Made by a program: the position numbers and the translations under genes. Positions 44,906 through 55,675 of a DNA stretch of 64,000 nucleotides are shown in pieces (the first letter of the stretch is position 1; each line of letters opens with the position of its first letter). The stretch is from the NCBI GenBank assembly GCA_944323485.1, contig CALUSR010000001.1, positions 66,437 through 130,436 on the forward strand, read 5' to 3'. The stretch is from Candidatus Gastranaerophilales bacterium (GTDB lineage Bacteria; Cyanobacteriota; Vampirovibrionia; Gastranaerophilales; CAJFVJ01). The notes below the pieces were generated by a model. That model was not told the DNA's origin, ran no database searches, and saw only the letters and a list, made by a program, of their open reading frames with translations.

Positions 44906-46285
44906 TTGAGCGTAGGGGAAGTTAATGATATTCAGAAAATAACAGGCAAAATGCCTCCTCAGAGTATTGAAGCAGAGGAAGCCGTCCTCGGTGCGCTTCT
45001 TGTCAATCCGAACTCAATAACAAGAATCGTCGAAACTCTGCGTCCGCAGCATTTTTATAAACCCGCCCACAGAGAAATTTTTGAAGCCGTTCTCGAACTC
45101 TTCAACAAAAACGAACCCGTTGATATCGTAACGGTGTCTGAACATCTGAGAGATAAAGATAAACTCGAAAAAGCAGGCGGCAGAAGCTACATCAATGATT
45201 TGGCTCTGGCCGTTGTCACAACCGCAAACATAGAATATTATGCGAAGATAATTGCAGATAAAAGCCTTCTGCGTGAACTTATTAATGCCGGCTCAGAGAT
45301 TGCCTCTCTTGCTTACGAAGACGACGGAACGACAGAAAACACTCTTGATAAGGCGGAAAAAATTATATTCGACATAGCACAGCAAAAGCCTTCATCAGAC
45401 CTGGTTCCAATAAAAGACCTTGTCCTCACAAGCTACGAACAAATTGAGTACAGATATAACAACAAAAATGAGATTTTAGGCGTACCGACAGGATTTTATG
45501 ATCTCGATAATATGACATCAGGCTTCCAAAAGTCGGATTTGATTATTCTCGCAGCAAGACCATCAATGGGGAAAACCGCTTTCTGTTTGAACATCGCTCA
45601 AAACACGGCAGTTAAGCATAAAAACCCCGTTGCAATATTCAGTCTTGAAATGTCAAAAGAACAACTTGCGCAGAGAATGCTGTGTTCTCAGGCTGAACTA
45701 GATTCAAATCGTCTGCGAACAGGTCACATGCAGTCAGAAGACTGGGGAAAACTCACGTCTGCAATGGGTGAGCTTTCTGAAGCTCCTATTTTTATTGATG
45801 ACACTCCTGCAGTAAATGTTCTTGATATAAGAGCAAAATGCCGCAGATTATGTATGGAGCATGGTCATCTCGGCCTGGTTATCATTGACTATCTCCAGCT
45901 TATGGAAGGTATCGGCAAAAGCAGAGGTTCTCTTGACCGTGTACAAGAAATCTCCGGTATATCAAGAGGGCTGAAAAGCCTTGCAAGAGAGTTAAAAGTT
46001 CCGATAATCGCACTCTCCCAGCTTTCACGTGCTGTGGAATCAAGACAAATCAAAAAACCGATGCTGTCAGACTTGAGAGAAAGCGGCAGCATTGAGCAGG
46101 ATGCCGATATAGTTATGTTTATCTACAGAGATGAATATTATAATCCTGAGAATGTCGAAAGCAAAGGTAAGGCAGAGATTATTGTCGCAAAACAAAGAAA
46201 CGGTCCTGTCGGAACCGTCGATTTGATATTCCAGTCAAATATTACAAAATTCAAAAATAAAACAAGCAAAGTTGAAATATTCTAA
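44906..46285 (+). CDS. dnaB: replicative DNA helicase
   Basis: PPQSIEAEEAVLGALL, Walker A ARPSMGKTAF, IIDYLQLM and SGSIEQDADIV. TTG start with an AGGGAG SD. Confidence 0.9.
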   Translation: MSVGEVNDIQKITGKMPPQSIEAEEAVLGALLVNPNSITRIVETLRPQHFYKPAHREIFEAVLELFNKNEPVDIVTVSEHLRDKDKLEKAGGRSYINDLALAVVTTANIEYYAKIIADKSLLRELINAGSEIASLAYEDDGTTENTLDKAEKIIFDIAQQKPSSDLVPIKDLVLTSYEQIEYRYNNKNEILGVPTGFYDLDNMTSGFQKSDLIILAARPSMGKTAFCLNIAQNTAVKHKNPVAIFSLEMSKEQLAQRMLCSQAELDSNRLRTGHMQSEDWGKLTSAMGELSEAPIFIDDTPAVNVLDIRAKCRRLCMEHGHLGLVIIDYLQLMEGIGKSRGSLDRVQEISGISRGLKSLARELKVPIIALSQLSRAVESRQIKKPMLSDLRESGSIEQDADIVMFIYRDEYYNPENVESKGKAEIIVAKQRNGPVGTVDLIFQSNITKFKNKTSKVEIF

Positions 46286-46286
46286 A

Positions 46287-46316
46287 AAGGATTTCTTAAA
46301 AGAAATCCTTTTTTTC
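46287..46316. terminator. bidirectional terminator between dnaB and acpS
   Basis: AAGGATTTCT-TAAA-AGAAATCCTT followed by TTTTTT. Confidence 0.65.
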
Positions 46317-46726
46317 TAAGAAATCTGCGTTGAACGATATCCGATAACAGTGGCTATAGCATTTGACTTTGAATGAGAGATGCTCACTTCCCAGTCTGTT
46401 ATGCATAACTTCTTTTCGAGCTCATGCGCCTTTCCATATAGCTTAATGCTGACAGCCCCGTTCTCGTCTTTCAAAACTTCAATATCCTTAAAATACATTC
46501 CTTTTTCCCATCCAAGACCGTTCATACCGATTTTTAAGGCCTTTGATACGGCTTCCTTCGCAGCAAAACGTGCAGCAAGACGGGGAACAGCCATTCTTTC
46601 ATTTGAAAGACAGTAGTTAATTTCTCTAAGAGTATAAATTTTTTTCAGAAATTCCTGACCGTATTTTTTATAAATATCCTCTATACGCTGAATTTCACAA
46701 ATATCAGTACCAAGAAAAAGTCGCAT
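46316..46726 (-). CDS. acpS: holo-[acyl-carrier-protein] synthase
   Basis: 136 aa. LGTDICEIQRI and RFAAKEAVSKAL motifs. Confidence 0.8.
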   Translation of the reverse strand: MRLFLGTDICEIQRIEDIYKKYGQEFLKKIYTLREINYCLSNERMAVPRLAARFAAKEAVSKALKIGMNGLGWEKGMYFKDIEVLKDENGAVSIKLYGKAHELEKKLCITDWEVSISHSKSNAIATVIGYRSTQIS

Positions 46727-46727
46727 A

Positions 46728-47069
46728 TTATTCCCTCAAATCCTTGCTGTGTTTATATTCTTCAAGCAGTTCAATTATTGTACGAAAAATCTCTTCAATA
46801 ATCTCTTTTCTGTCTTCTATATCAGTGATACGAAGTATCTCTATCGCCGAATGAAGATTTTCAAACTTGTCATACCATCTTCGTCTTATCGGAACATACT
46901 GGTCATCAAGCTCTTCTATAAGCTCATCGGTATTCGGAGAATAATTCTGCATCAAAAGCTGCAAAATTTCTGCCGTAACCTCTAATTTTGCTTCATCTGA
47001 TAATGCTTCAAGTACATGCATAAGAGCTTGAAGATTTTTATCTTTGTCATACCAGCGTGTATACTTCAT
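46728..47069 (-). CDS. hypothetical protein with an internal duplication
   Basis: 113 aa. TRWYDKDKNLQALMHVLE and RRWYDKFENLHSAIEILR each head a helical half. Confidence 0.45.
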   Translation of the reverse strand: MKYTRWYDKDKNLQALMHVLEALSDEAKLEVTAEILQLLMQNYSPNTDELIEELDDQYVPIRRRWYDKFENLHSAIEILRITDIEDRKEIIEEIFRTIIELLEEYKHSKDLRE

Positions 47070-47190
47070 AAAACAATTATAGACATTATAATAATTTTAA
47101 TCAAATAAATAAAAACTTGTAATGGTTGCTTATCTGCGATAAACTTTGAGAGATAGATTTTTAAAAGTTTATATGTAAGGAGAAATACTG

Positions 47191-48150
47191 ATGAGTGAAA
47201 GAAAATTGGTAGGCACCCAGGAAATGTTCAAAAAAGCCCTTGCTGGCAAATACGCTATCGGTGCATACAATGTAAACAACATGGAAATTCTTCAAGGTAT
47301 TGCTGAAGCTGCTGAAGAAACAAGATCACCTATTATTCTTCAAGTTTCTGCAGGTGCAAGAAAATACGCTAATCAAACTTATTTGATTAAGCTTGTTGAA
47401 GCAGCTCTTGCAACAACTACAGTTCCTATAGCTCTTCACCTCGACCACGGTGCTGATTTCGAAATTTGCAAAGCTTGTATTGACGGCGGATTCTCATCTG
47501 TTATGATTGACGGTTCAAGATTCCCGATTGAAGAAAATATAGCAGTTACAAAAAAAGTTGTAGACTATGCTCATGAAAGAGGTGTTTCTGTTGAAGCAGA
47601 ATTGGGCAAACTCGCAGGTGTCGAAGATGATGTTAAAGTAGATGCAAAACACGCTACTTATACTGACCCTGAAGAAGCAGCAAGATTTGTAAAAGAAACA
47701 GGCTGTGACTCTCTAGCAATTGCTATCGGAACATCTCACGGCGCTTACAAATTCAAAGGCGAAGCAAAACTTGACTTTGAAAGACTCGGCGAATGCAAAA
47801 AAGCTATCTATGAAGCTGTAGGCTATGACTATCCTATAGTACTTCATGGTTCATCTTCTGTTCCAAAACATCTGGTAGAAAAATGCAACAAATACGGCGG
47901 AAATCTGCCTGATGCTCAAGGTGTTCCTGAAGAAATGCTCGCTTATGCTTCTAAAAATGGTGTAGCAAAAATCAACATCGATACAGATTTGAGACTGGCT
48001 ATGACATCTACAATCAGAGAATTTTTCATCGAACATCCTGAAAAATTTGACCCTCGTGAATATATGGGTCCTGGAAGAACTGCCGTAAAAGAACTTGTTA
48101 TGCACAAAATGCAAGTCCTCGGAACAGCAGGTCATGCTGATGATAAATAA
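47191..48150 (+). CDS. fba: class II fructose-1,6-bisphosphate aldolase
   Basis: YAIGAYNVNNME, LHLDHG and GTSHGAYKF motifs. Confidence 0.9.
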   Translation: MSERKLVGTQEMFKKALAGKYAIGAYNVNNMEILQGIAEAAEETRSPIILQVSAGARKYANQTYLIKLVEAALATTTVPIALHLDHGADFEICKACIDGGFSSVMIDGSRFPIEENIAVTKKVVDYAHERGVSVEAELGKLAGVEDDVKVDAKHATYTDPEEAARFVKETGCDSLAIAIGTSHGAYKFKGEAKLDFERLGECKKAIYEAVGYDYPIVLHGSSSVPKHLVEKCNKYGGNLPDAQGVPEEMLAYASKNGVAKINIDTDLRLAMTSTIREFFIEHPEKFDPREYMGPGRTAVKELVMHKMQVLGTAGHADDK

Positions 48151-48181
48151 TTAAACAAAATATTATAAATATAAATTTTAT

Positions 48182-48210
48182 ACAGCCGTTTCTTCAACGG
48201 CTGTTTTTTT
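48182..48210 (+). terminator. rho-independent terminator after fba
   Basis: ACAGCCGTT-TCTTC-AACGGCTGT followed by TTTTTT. Confidence 0.8.
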
Positions 48211-48677
48211 ATGAAAAATTTCAATAAATTAAAACTTTAGTACCAGAAACTCCAAACCCAGGTTGAATTCAAAACGCCATCAAAAGGTTTTATTATATAT
48301 GTGTAACAAGGAAATACAAACAACAAACAAAAAGACTATTAACAACAAAAACAAAGTATTGTATTTGCACGCTCTGAAAAAATATCAAGGATTGATATAA
48401 ATCATTGCAAAGAGAATAAAAAGGATTTTTATTCCGGTAAATACCTGCTTTGACCTTACGGAAGCACAGTCAGGAAAAAGGATTTTCTAAAGTGGTTGAA
48501 AAAGTTGGCACGCACTCTGAATTAAAAATCAAATTGTAAGGGCATCCCCCTTGAATTTGGGCTGAAAATTTTTTAACAAACAAGAAAACTACCTGATATT
48601 AATACCAAGCTGATATTAATATCCTGACTCATCGCGCAAACACGGATGTACAGAAAGAAAAAAAGGAGATTTTTCGC

Positions 48678-49511
48678 ATGAGTATTGTAGTAAACACAAA
48701 CACAACATCTTTAATGGTACAAAGAAACCTGTCTAAAGCAACATCAAGTCTTGCAACTTCAATGCAGAGATTATCTACGGGTATGAAAATCAACAACGCA
48801 GGTGACGATGCAGCAGGTTTGGCTTTGTCAGAAAAAATTAACGGACAATTAAGCTCTTCAGATGTTTGTAAAAACAACGCACAAACAGGTCTGAATATGT
48901 TAAGCATCGCTGATGGTGACCTTGATGTAATCAACCAGAACCTCCAAAGAATTAAAGACCTCGCTGTTCAATCAGCCAACGGAGTCTACTCTGATGAAGA
49001 AAGATTATCAATGGATCAGGAAGTTCAACTCCGTCTTGAAGAAATTAACAGAATAGCAGACAGTTCAACATTCTCTGATGTGAACCTGCTTGACGGCTCT
49101 ATTGCAGATATGGTTCTTCAAATAGGAGCAGGCAGCGATATAGACCAAAACACAATCGATATCTCCGGAGCATTCCAGGAAGCACATGTATCATCATTGG
49201 GTATACAAGCTGACGCAAGCATCTCAACAGTTGATGCAGCAAGAACAATGATTGATGCAATTGATGAAGCTGTCAACAACATATCTTCTAGAAGATCAAT
49301 TATCGGTGCTTCTATGAACCGTCTTGATTCAACAATCGACAGAATTGATATAAGAAAAGAAAATCTTCAGTCAACTTATTCAACAATAAGAGATACTGAT
49401 ATCGCTGCAGAATCATCAGAGTTGACAAAACAGCAAATTCTTCAACAATCAGCAGCCACACTGCTCCAGCAGGCAAACCAAACTCCATCACTGGCGCTGA
49501 CATTGATATAA
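48678..49511 (+). CDS. flagellin
   Basis: 277 aa. N-terminal NTNTTSLMVQRNLSKA...MQRLSTGMKINNAGDDAAG and C-terminal LTKQQILQQSAATLLQQANQTP conserved flagellin D0/D1 segments. Confidence 0.9.
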   Translation: MSIVVNTNTTSLMVQRNLSKATSSLATSMQRLSTGMKINNAGDDAAGLALSEKINGQLSSSDVCKNNAQTGLNMLSIADGDLDVINQNLQRIKDLAVQSANGVYSDEERLSMDQEVQLRLEEINRIADSSTFSDVNLLDGSIADMVLQIGAGSDIDQNTIDISGAFQEAHVSSLGIQADASISTVDAARTMIDAIDEAVNNISSRRSIIGASMNRLDSTIDRIDIRKENLQSTYSTIRDTDIAAESSELTKQQILQQSAATLLQQANQTPSLALTLI

Positions 49512-49547
49512 AAAACTCTTTTTAACTCAGAGGTGCAAACAACAACC

Positions 49548-49575
49548 CGCCCGATTTTTCAATCGGGCTTTTTTT
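49548..49575 (+). terminator. rho-independent terminator after flagellin
   Basis: GCCCGATT-TTTC-AATCGGGC followed by TTTTTTT. Confidence 0.8.
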
Positions 49576-49697
49576 ATTACATTTTTCTTTTTACAACTTT
49601 AGATTGAAAAAATTACAACTTTATATAAATTGTTATCAGTCTTAATAACCTATAAAATATAAATACAGGATATGTGTAAAAACAGGGATATACAGTT

Positions 49698-50039
49698 ATG
49701 AAATCGTCCGACTCTTTTCTCATGGTCATAAAAGATAACAAAATTGACTCAGGCAATATTGACTCTCTCTTCAATTCTGTCAGAAATTTACTCTTTAACG
49801 GATACAAAAACATTTTTCTCGATATGAACAACGTAGAAAGTGTCGATAACTCTTTCCTGAATTTTCTGGAAAAATCAGGCGACCATGTCGACTTGAATTT
49901 ATTCAATTTGAACTCAAATATAATGTCAGTTTTGTTCATCACAAAATTTGATAAATTCGTAAAAATTTACAATGCCGAAACTGACGCAAAAGAAGCGCTC
50001 AAACCTATTATCAAAAGAAATTTCTCCCTCGTAAGCTAA
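49698..50039 (+). CDS. STAS-domain protein (anti-sigma-factor antagonist-like)
   Basis: 113 aa. ...IFLDMNNVESVDNSFLNFL...LNLFNLNSNIMSVL pattern typical of SpoIIAA/STAS. Confidence 0.5.
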   Translation: MKSSDSFLMVIKDNKIDSGNIDSLFNSVRNLLFNGYKNIFLDMNNVESVDNSFLNFLEKSGDHVDLNLFNLNSNIMSVLFITKFDKFVKIYNAETDAKEALKPIIKRNFSLVS

Positions 50040-50145
50040 ATACAATTGTAATTATTCATATACCATGATATAACTTATGAAAGAGCAATTTTTATAATGT
50101 TTTTGTTTTAAATCTGATAACTGGAAAAAGTGAAGGTATTAAAAC

Positions 50146-51039
50146 TTGGCAGCGCAAACTCAAGAATTGAATATCCAACGACTCGGACAACTCGAAAATT
50201 CTTTTGATGTTATCCCTGAACGCTTTGGTTATTCTGAACAAAAACGCTTTGATTTTGTCGAAAAAGAATTGATTAATATATTTGAAGAAGAAGAAAAACA
50301 GAGTAATCCTGTTTTTCTTTTTATTAAAAAAGGAACCATTCAGAAAATAGCCTATCACATCTGCAACCTCTCAGATACAAAACCGAGCATAGGAATAGCG
50401 GGAGAATCCGCAAGCGGTAAGTCAACTATTGCTATCGATATCATCAACGAAATCCAAAACTTCGCTGATGAACACGGCATCGATAACATGATTACCCGCC
50501 TCAATACAGATGACTACTACTATGACCGTTCAAAAGAAGTCAAAAAAGCAGGCGGTATGGCAAATTTCGCCAAAAACTACGACTTTGATGTCCCAGAAGC
50601 CATAGAACTTGACCTCATGAATAAACATATCGAACAACTCTCAAGAGGTATACCGACCTGGCTGCCAAAATATGACATGAGCGGAACTACAATAAGAATA
50701 GACAAACACACCTATGCATACCCGGGGAAAATTATTATTGCGGAAGGTTTATTCACGCTGACTCCGAAAATCAAAAATGCTTTCAACTTCCGTATCTATG
50801 TTGATGTATCACAGGATGTACAAAAAATGCGCTGGTACAAACGTGCAGAAGAAAGAGGACTCGGAAACGCAGCAGACAAAATCTATCAAAACGCATGTGA
50901 TAAAGCCAGAATTTATGTAAAACCAACCGTACAATACTCTGACATCGTCTTGAACGGAGAAGCTGACCGAGAAAGGTACAAAATTTTTACAAGAAAAATT
51001 CTCTCCGTTGTCGAAGACAGTATGTTAGCAGCCTGCTGA
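50146..51039 (+). CDS. uridine kinase/phosphoribulokinase-family P-loop kinase
   Basis: IGIAGESASGKST Walker A, and IIIAEGLF plus YVDV blocks as in Udk/PRK. TTG start. Confidence 0.55.
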   Translation: MAAQTQELNIQRLGQLENSFDVIPERFGYSEQKRFDFVEKELINIFEEEEKQSNPVFLFIKKGTIQKIAYHICNLSDTKPSIGIAGESASGKSTIAIDIINEIQNFADEHGIDNMITRLNTDDYYYDRSKEVKKAGGMANFAKNYDFDVPEAIELDLMNKHIEQLSRGIPTWLPKYDMSGTTIRIDKHTYAYPGKIIIAEGLFTLTPKIKNAFNFRIYVDVSQDVQKMRWYKRAEERGLGNAADKIYQNACDKARIYVKPTVQYSDIVLNGEADRERYKIFTRKILSVVEDSMLAAC

Positions 51040-51041
51040 AT

Positions 51042-51632
51042 ATGAATTTTTGTATCTACTCAGGCACCTTTAATCCGGTACACAACGCACACATCGGGGT
51101 AGCTTTAGGTGTTTTGCAATATACTGATACAGAAAAAATTATATTAATCCCATCCAAAATTCCACCTCACAAGAATGAAGAAATAATATCACCTAACCAC
51201 AGATTAAATATGGTCAAGCTGGCAATCGAAGATTATCCTGACTTTGAAGTAAACGACATAGAACTGACTCTCCCGGGAAAATCTTACTCCTACAACACCG
51301 TTATGAAAATTAAACAACTTTTTAAAATAAACGATAAAATAAACTTCATTATCGGAACGGATGCCTTCGAAAAACTCGACTCCTGGTATCATGCGCAAAA
51401 TCTGGTTGAGGAAGTGCATTTTATCGTCGTTCCAAGATGCAAAAACTTCAACATAGAACTCTCAAGAAAAAAAATAAAGCTCCCTGATATATCTTACTCT
51501 TCTCTTGAATTGCCGTTTCTTGATATCTCATCAACAAAGATAAGATACAATCTCAAACATAACCTGCCCGTTAACAGTCTTATCCCCGAAAAAGTCCTCA
51601 ACTACATCAAAGACAATAATCTTTATTCCTGA
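51042..51632 (+). CDS. nadD: nicotinate-nucleotide adenylyltransferase
   Basis: YSGTFNPVHNAH (HxGH-type) and ISSTKIR motifs. Confidence 0.85.
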   Translation: MNFCIYSGTFNPVHNAHIGVALGVLQYTDTEKIILIPSKIPPHKNEEIISPNHRLNMVKLAIEDYPDFEVNDIELTLPGKSYSYNTVMKIKQLFKINDKINFIIGTDAFEKLDSWYHAQNLVEEVHFIVVPRCKNFNIELSRKKIKLPDISYSSLELPFLDISSTKIRYNLKHNLPVNSLIPEKVLNYIKDNNLYS

Positions 51633-52402
51633 ACTTTCACAACAACACTTGCGTAACGGTCATATTTGTATTCAAGAAAACAGCTTTCTATTTTACCCAA
51701 AAGCTTATATTCAACTCCGGCATGCCCGTAAATAGCTTGCTGAACTTCGTATTCTTCGACATCCTGATTAACAACAAACATTGTTCCTCCTTCCTTCAAC
51801 AAAGAATAAGCATGCTCAAATAACTCAACAGGTCTGAATTCATCAAGAGGCAGCCCCCATTTTAGAAGAGGATATTCTAAAACAAACGGCAAAAACCATA
51901 TAATAAAATCGTATTTTCTGTTTATATCAAGCAAATTCCCGGCAATATACTCAGCTCCCTCAAGTCCCCTTGAATAAAACTTTGCTACCTCATATCTCGA
52001 ATACAAACTCGTGTATAACCTGTAAGCATCAATCTCAACACCGTCTAACTTCAACCTGCGGCAGAAATGCTTGAAGAAAAAATACTCCCCACAGGCATAA
52101 AACCAGTTCTTCGCTCCTATATCAAGAACCTCGAGTTTCTCTTTTCCTTCTGGAGACAAGTATCTGTCAAAGAGCTCAATCGTATACAAATTTTCAAGAT
52201 AGTTCATCCTCGTCGTAGAACTCTTCAAAAACTCCAGATTATATTTCTCATACAAATATCTCTCGCATAAGCATGCCTCAGAGTCATCATCAAACAACCC
52301 GTCTTTAGACTCCGGCAAAACATAATAATTACGCCTCGAAAACCTTATTCGACGGCGTAAATAAAAATCTATCCTGTTTCTTAAATTCTCTATAAAATTC
52401 AT
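51623..52402 (-). CDS. hypothetical protein (possible SAM-dependent methyltransferase fold)
   Basis: 259 aa. VLDIGAKNW is only loosely like motif I. Confidence 0.3.
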   Translation of the reverse strand: MNFIENLRNRIDFYLRRRIRFSRRNYYVLPESKDGLFDDDSEACLCERYLYEKYNLEFLKSSTTRMNYLENLYTIELFDRYLSPEGKEKLEVLDIGAKNWFYACGEYFFFKHFCRRLKLDGVEIDAYRLYTSLYSRYEVAKFYSRGLEGAEYIAGNLLDINRKYDFIIWFLPFVLEYPLLKWGLPLDEFRPVELFEHAYSLLKEGGTMFVVNQDVEEYEVQQAIYGHAGVEYKLLGKIESCFLEYKYDRYASVVVKVQE

Positions 52403-52432
52403 AGTACTAAAAAAGAGCCTAAAGGCTCTTTT

Positions 52433-52699
52433 TTATGCCAGAGTGTCTAACTTGTTTTGCTTTTTCGCCTGTTGTTCTCTTTGGTTTTCAAGAAAAACAT
52501 TTGCAAGCTTAAACATCAAATTGTCTCTAAGTCCCTGCAAATCAGCCTGTTTATCAGCCTGAGCCAAAGCCCCAAAGGACATATTATTGTTAGGACTCAG
52601 CAAGTTCATTCTTACAGCATTATTATTCATTGAAGAATAAGCTGCATCATGAGCCATTGCAGTATAATAAGCTGTAGTTGCTGCTTGTAATGCCATCAT
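52433..52699 (-). CDS. hypothetical small protein
   Basis: 88-aa ORF, Ala/Asn/Gln-rich. A terminator-like hairpin (AAAAGAGCCTTTAGGCTCTTTT) lies downstream. Confidence 0.35.
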   Translation of the reverse strand: MMALQAATTAYYTAMAHDAAYSSMNNNAVRMNLLSPNNNMSFGALAQADKQADLQGLRDNLMFKLANVFLENQREQQAKKQNKLDTLA

Positions 52700-52834
52700 A
52701 CCTAATTTCTCCTTCTGAGTGTTATCATTATAACACCAACTTTTTTATTTTTAAAGTGTTTTTTTTAAATTTTTTTCACTTGATATATAATAAAGAAAAA
52801 GGTCTGAAATAATTGCCAAAATTGAAAGGGAATT

Positions 52835-53665
52835 ATGAACAAAATTAAACTTATTGCTCTAGATATAGACGAAACTATTTTGCCACAAAACAATATAATT
52901 TCAGACAGAGTAAAAAAAACCGTTGAAGAAGCACAAAAACGGGGGATAAAGGTGCTTATCGCCACAGGACGTATGCACAAATCAGCCATGCCCGTTGCAA
53001 AGAATCTCAACCTTACATCGCCGATTATTTCTTATCAGGGAGCAATGATTAAAAACTTTTATGAAAATGAAGACATAATCTTCCACTGCCCGCTAAGAGA
53101 AAACCATGCAAAAAAAATTGTTGAAATTCTGAAAGACGATGACGTACAGCTGAATATTTATATGGATGATAACCTTTACTCTCAAACCGATACGGAACGT
53201 CTCAAACAATATTCGGCGAAACAAAACATAAAATATATACTAACGGACTCTTTGGACAAATTTCCCAAATTTGAACCGACAAAAATGCTCGCAATAGGCA
53301 AAACCCCGGAACACACAGATTTTATAGTCAAGAAACTGAAGGATTATTTCAAAGAAGAACTCTACCTCGTCAAATCAAGCCCTGTATTCTGCGAAATAAA
53401 CAATAAACAAACATCAAAAGGTAATGCTATCAAATATCTCGCAAATCTCTGGGGAATAAAACCCGAAGAAACAATGGCTATAGGAGATCAAAACAACGAC
53501 ATAGAAATGTTGAAATCTGTACATATCAAAGTAGCAATGGGAAACGCAACAGACGACCTCAAACAAGTTGCAAACTTCATCACTAAGGATATTAACAACG
53601 ACGGTGCAGCAGTGGCAATCGAAAAATTTGCTCTCAACAATGAGGAGCTGACATGTACAAAATAG
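52835..53665 (+). CDS. Cof-type HAD-IIB phosphatase
   Basis: [15 protein letters not shown] and [10 protein letters not shown] motifs. Confidence 0.85.
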   Translation: MNKIKLIALDIDETILPQNNIISDRVKKTVEEAQKRGIKVLIATGRMHKSAMPVAKNLNLTSPIISYQGAMIKNFYENEDIIFHCPLRENHAKKIVEILKDDDVQLNIYMDDNLYSQTDTERLKQYSAKQNIKYILTDSLDKFPKFEPTKMLAIGKTPEHTDFIVKKLKDYFKEELYLVKSSPVFCEINNKQTSKGNAIKYLANLWGIKPEETMAIGDQNNDIEMLKSVHIKVAMGNATDDLKQVANFITKDINNDGAAVAIEKFALNNEELTCTK

Positions 53666-54171
53666 GCAACGGCTACGACATTCACCGCCTTGTCGAAGGC
53701 AGAAAACTTATCCTTGGCGGAATAGAAATAAACTACGAAAAAGGACTCCTCGGTCACTCAGACGCTGATGTCTTAATTCACTCAATGATGGACGCAATGC
53801 TTGGGGCTCTGGCTCTCGGGGATATCGGACAACACTTTCCTGATACAGACCCCATGTATAAAGGGATATCGAGTGTGCTTCTGCTTGAAAAAGTAAATGA
53901 ACTTGTTTTATCAAAAGGTTATAAAATCAGCAATACGGATAACATCATTCTTGCTGAAAAACCCAAAATGAAAGATATCATACCGCTTATGCGTGAAAAT
54001 TTGTCAAAAATTTTGAAAATACCTCAGGACTCAATTTCCATCAAAGCAACAACGATGGAGAAACTCGGTCCGATTGGTGAAGGTCAGGCTATTGCAGTTC
54101 AATCCGTTGTCCTTCTTGAAAAAATTTCACCCACTGGCAAATGTTCATCAAATTTTGATGCGGAAGACTAG
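53653..54171 (+). CDS. ispF: 2-C-methyl-D-erythritol 2,4-cyclodiphosphate synthase
   Basis: [10 protein letters not shown] and [19 protein letters not shown] motifs. Confidence 0.9.
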   Translation: MYKIGNGYDIHRLVEGRKLILGGIEINYEKGLLGHSDADVLIHSMMDAMLGALALGDIGQHFPDTDPMYKGISSVLLLEKVNELVLSKGYKISNTDNIILAEKPKMKDIIPLMRENLSKILKIPQDSISIKATTMEKLGPIGEGQAIAVQSVVLLEKISPTGKCSSNFDAED

Positions 54172-54216
54172 ACTGAGTTCAAAATATCAAGACTTTTTTC
54201 TCCGCTCAGTATGACA

Positions 54217-55668
54217 TCAAACTTTCTGATATCTTACATTCAGCTGTCTTGCAGCCTGCACCTCATCAACCTTTAATACAGGAGTATTATGCGGTGCTTC
54301 AAAAAGCAACTCAGGAGCAATCTTTACTTCTTCTGCAATCTTGTGCATAATATCAACAAAATTATCAAGAATAGCCTTTGACTCAGACTCTGTAGGTTCT
54401 ATCATCAAAGCTTCATGCACAATCAGCGGGAAATAAACTGTCGGAGGATGCACCCCATAATCAATAAGCCTTTTCGCAATATTCATGGCAGTAATATGAG
54501 CGTCTTTGAAATTTTCAGCCGACAGCACAAACTCATGCATACATGGAATATCATAAGGAAGCTTATATACATCCTTCAACTTTTCTTTTAAATAATTCGC
54601 ATTCAATACTGCATCACAGCTTGCAAGCTTCAAACCTTCCATACCCATCATAAGAATATATGTGTAAGCCTTTATCATAACTCCAAAGTTACCGAAAAAA
54701 GCCTTCACTTTGCCTATAGAATCAGGTAAATCATAGTTTCTGAAATACTTAGTCCCGTCAAATTCAATAACAGGCACGGGAAGAAAACCTTTGAGCCTTT
54801 CAACAACCCCGACAGGGCCTGACCCCGGGCCACCGCCGCCATGCGGAGCCGCAAAAGTCTTGTGCAAGTTCAAATGTACAATATCAAATCCCATATCATG
54901 AGGAGTAGTTATCCCCATAACAGCATTCAAATTAGCACCGTCATAATACAACAACGACCCGTTTTCATGTGCCAATTTTGATATTTCAAGAATATTTTCC
55001 TCAAAAATACCGAGAGTATTCGGGTTTGTCATCATTATTGCAGCAACATCAGGCGATAGATTCTTCTTCACATCTTCTACATCAACCTGACCTCTTTCAT
55101 CAGACTTAATTTGAACTATCTCAAACCCGCACATATGAGCAGTAGCAGGATTTGTCCCGTGAGAAGAATCAGGAACAATCACTTTTGTCCTTTTTTCTCC
55201 TATTTTTTCAAAATATTTCTTCACAATCGACATACCTGTAAACTCACCATGAGCACCCGCTGCAGGCTGCAAAGTCATCGCATCCATGCCTGTGAGAATT
55301 TTCAAACTCTCCTGCAACTTGTACATAAGCTCAAGAGCTCCCTGCATATCATCATCATCCTGATGCGGATGAATATTCGCAAATCCCTCCAAAGACGCAG
55401 CCCACTCATTAACCTTAGGATTGTACTTCATTGTGCATGAACCGAGAGGATAAAAACCTTTTTCTATACAAAAATTCTTTTCGGATAAACCGGTAAAATG
55501 TCTCATTACCTCTAATTCGCTTAATGACGGTAAAAGAGGCGGTTTTTCTCTCAAATAATCTTTTCTCAAAATCTTTGATAAATCAAAAGTCCTGTCTGTT
55601 TCAAAAGAAACGGCATGTCTTTTTTGTGTGTCATCATTTGTTTTTTTCTCAAAAATAAGCTCGCTCAT
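54217..55668 (-). CDS. gcvPB: glycine dehydrogenase (decarboxylating) subunit 2
   Basis: Start at the ATG at 55668 (MSELIFEK; the AAGGAG SD lies within the end of gcvPA). PLP region HLNLHKTF. Confidence 0.9.
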   Translation of the reverse strand: MSELIFEKKTNDDTQKRHAVSFETDRTFDLSKILRKDYLREKPPLLPSLSELEVMRHFTGLSEKNFCIEKGFYPLGSCTMKYNPKVNEWAASLEGFANIHPHQDDDDMQGALELMYKLQESLKILTGMDAMTLQPAAGAHGEFTGMSIVKKYFEKIGEKRTKVIVPDSSHGTNPATAHMCGFEIVQIKSDERGQVDVEDVKKNLSPDVAAIMMTNPNTLGIFEENILEISKLAHENGSLLYYDGANLNAVMGITTPHDMGFDIVHLNLHKTFAAPHGGGGPGSGPVGVVERLKGFLPVPVIEFDGTKYFRNYDLPDSIGKVKAFFGNFGVMIKAYTYILMMGMEGLKLASCDAVLNANYLKEKLKDVYKLPYDIPCMHEFVLSAENFKDAHITAMNIAKRLIDYGVHPPTVYFPLIVHEALMIEPTESESKAILDNFVDIMHKIAEEVKIAPELLFEAPHNTPVLKVDEVQAARQLNVRYQKV

Positions 55669-55675
55669 AATTCTT

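Noticed and set aside
48506-48521. A sigma54-like element TGGCAC-N5-CTGA upstream of flagellin
   Set aside because: The -24 GG is present, but the -12 element reads CTGA rather than TTGC, so the key GC dinucleotide is missing. This is too weak to call.
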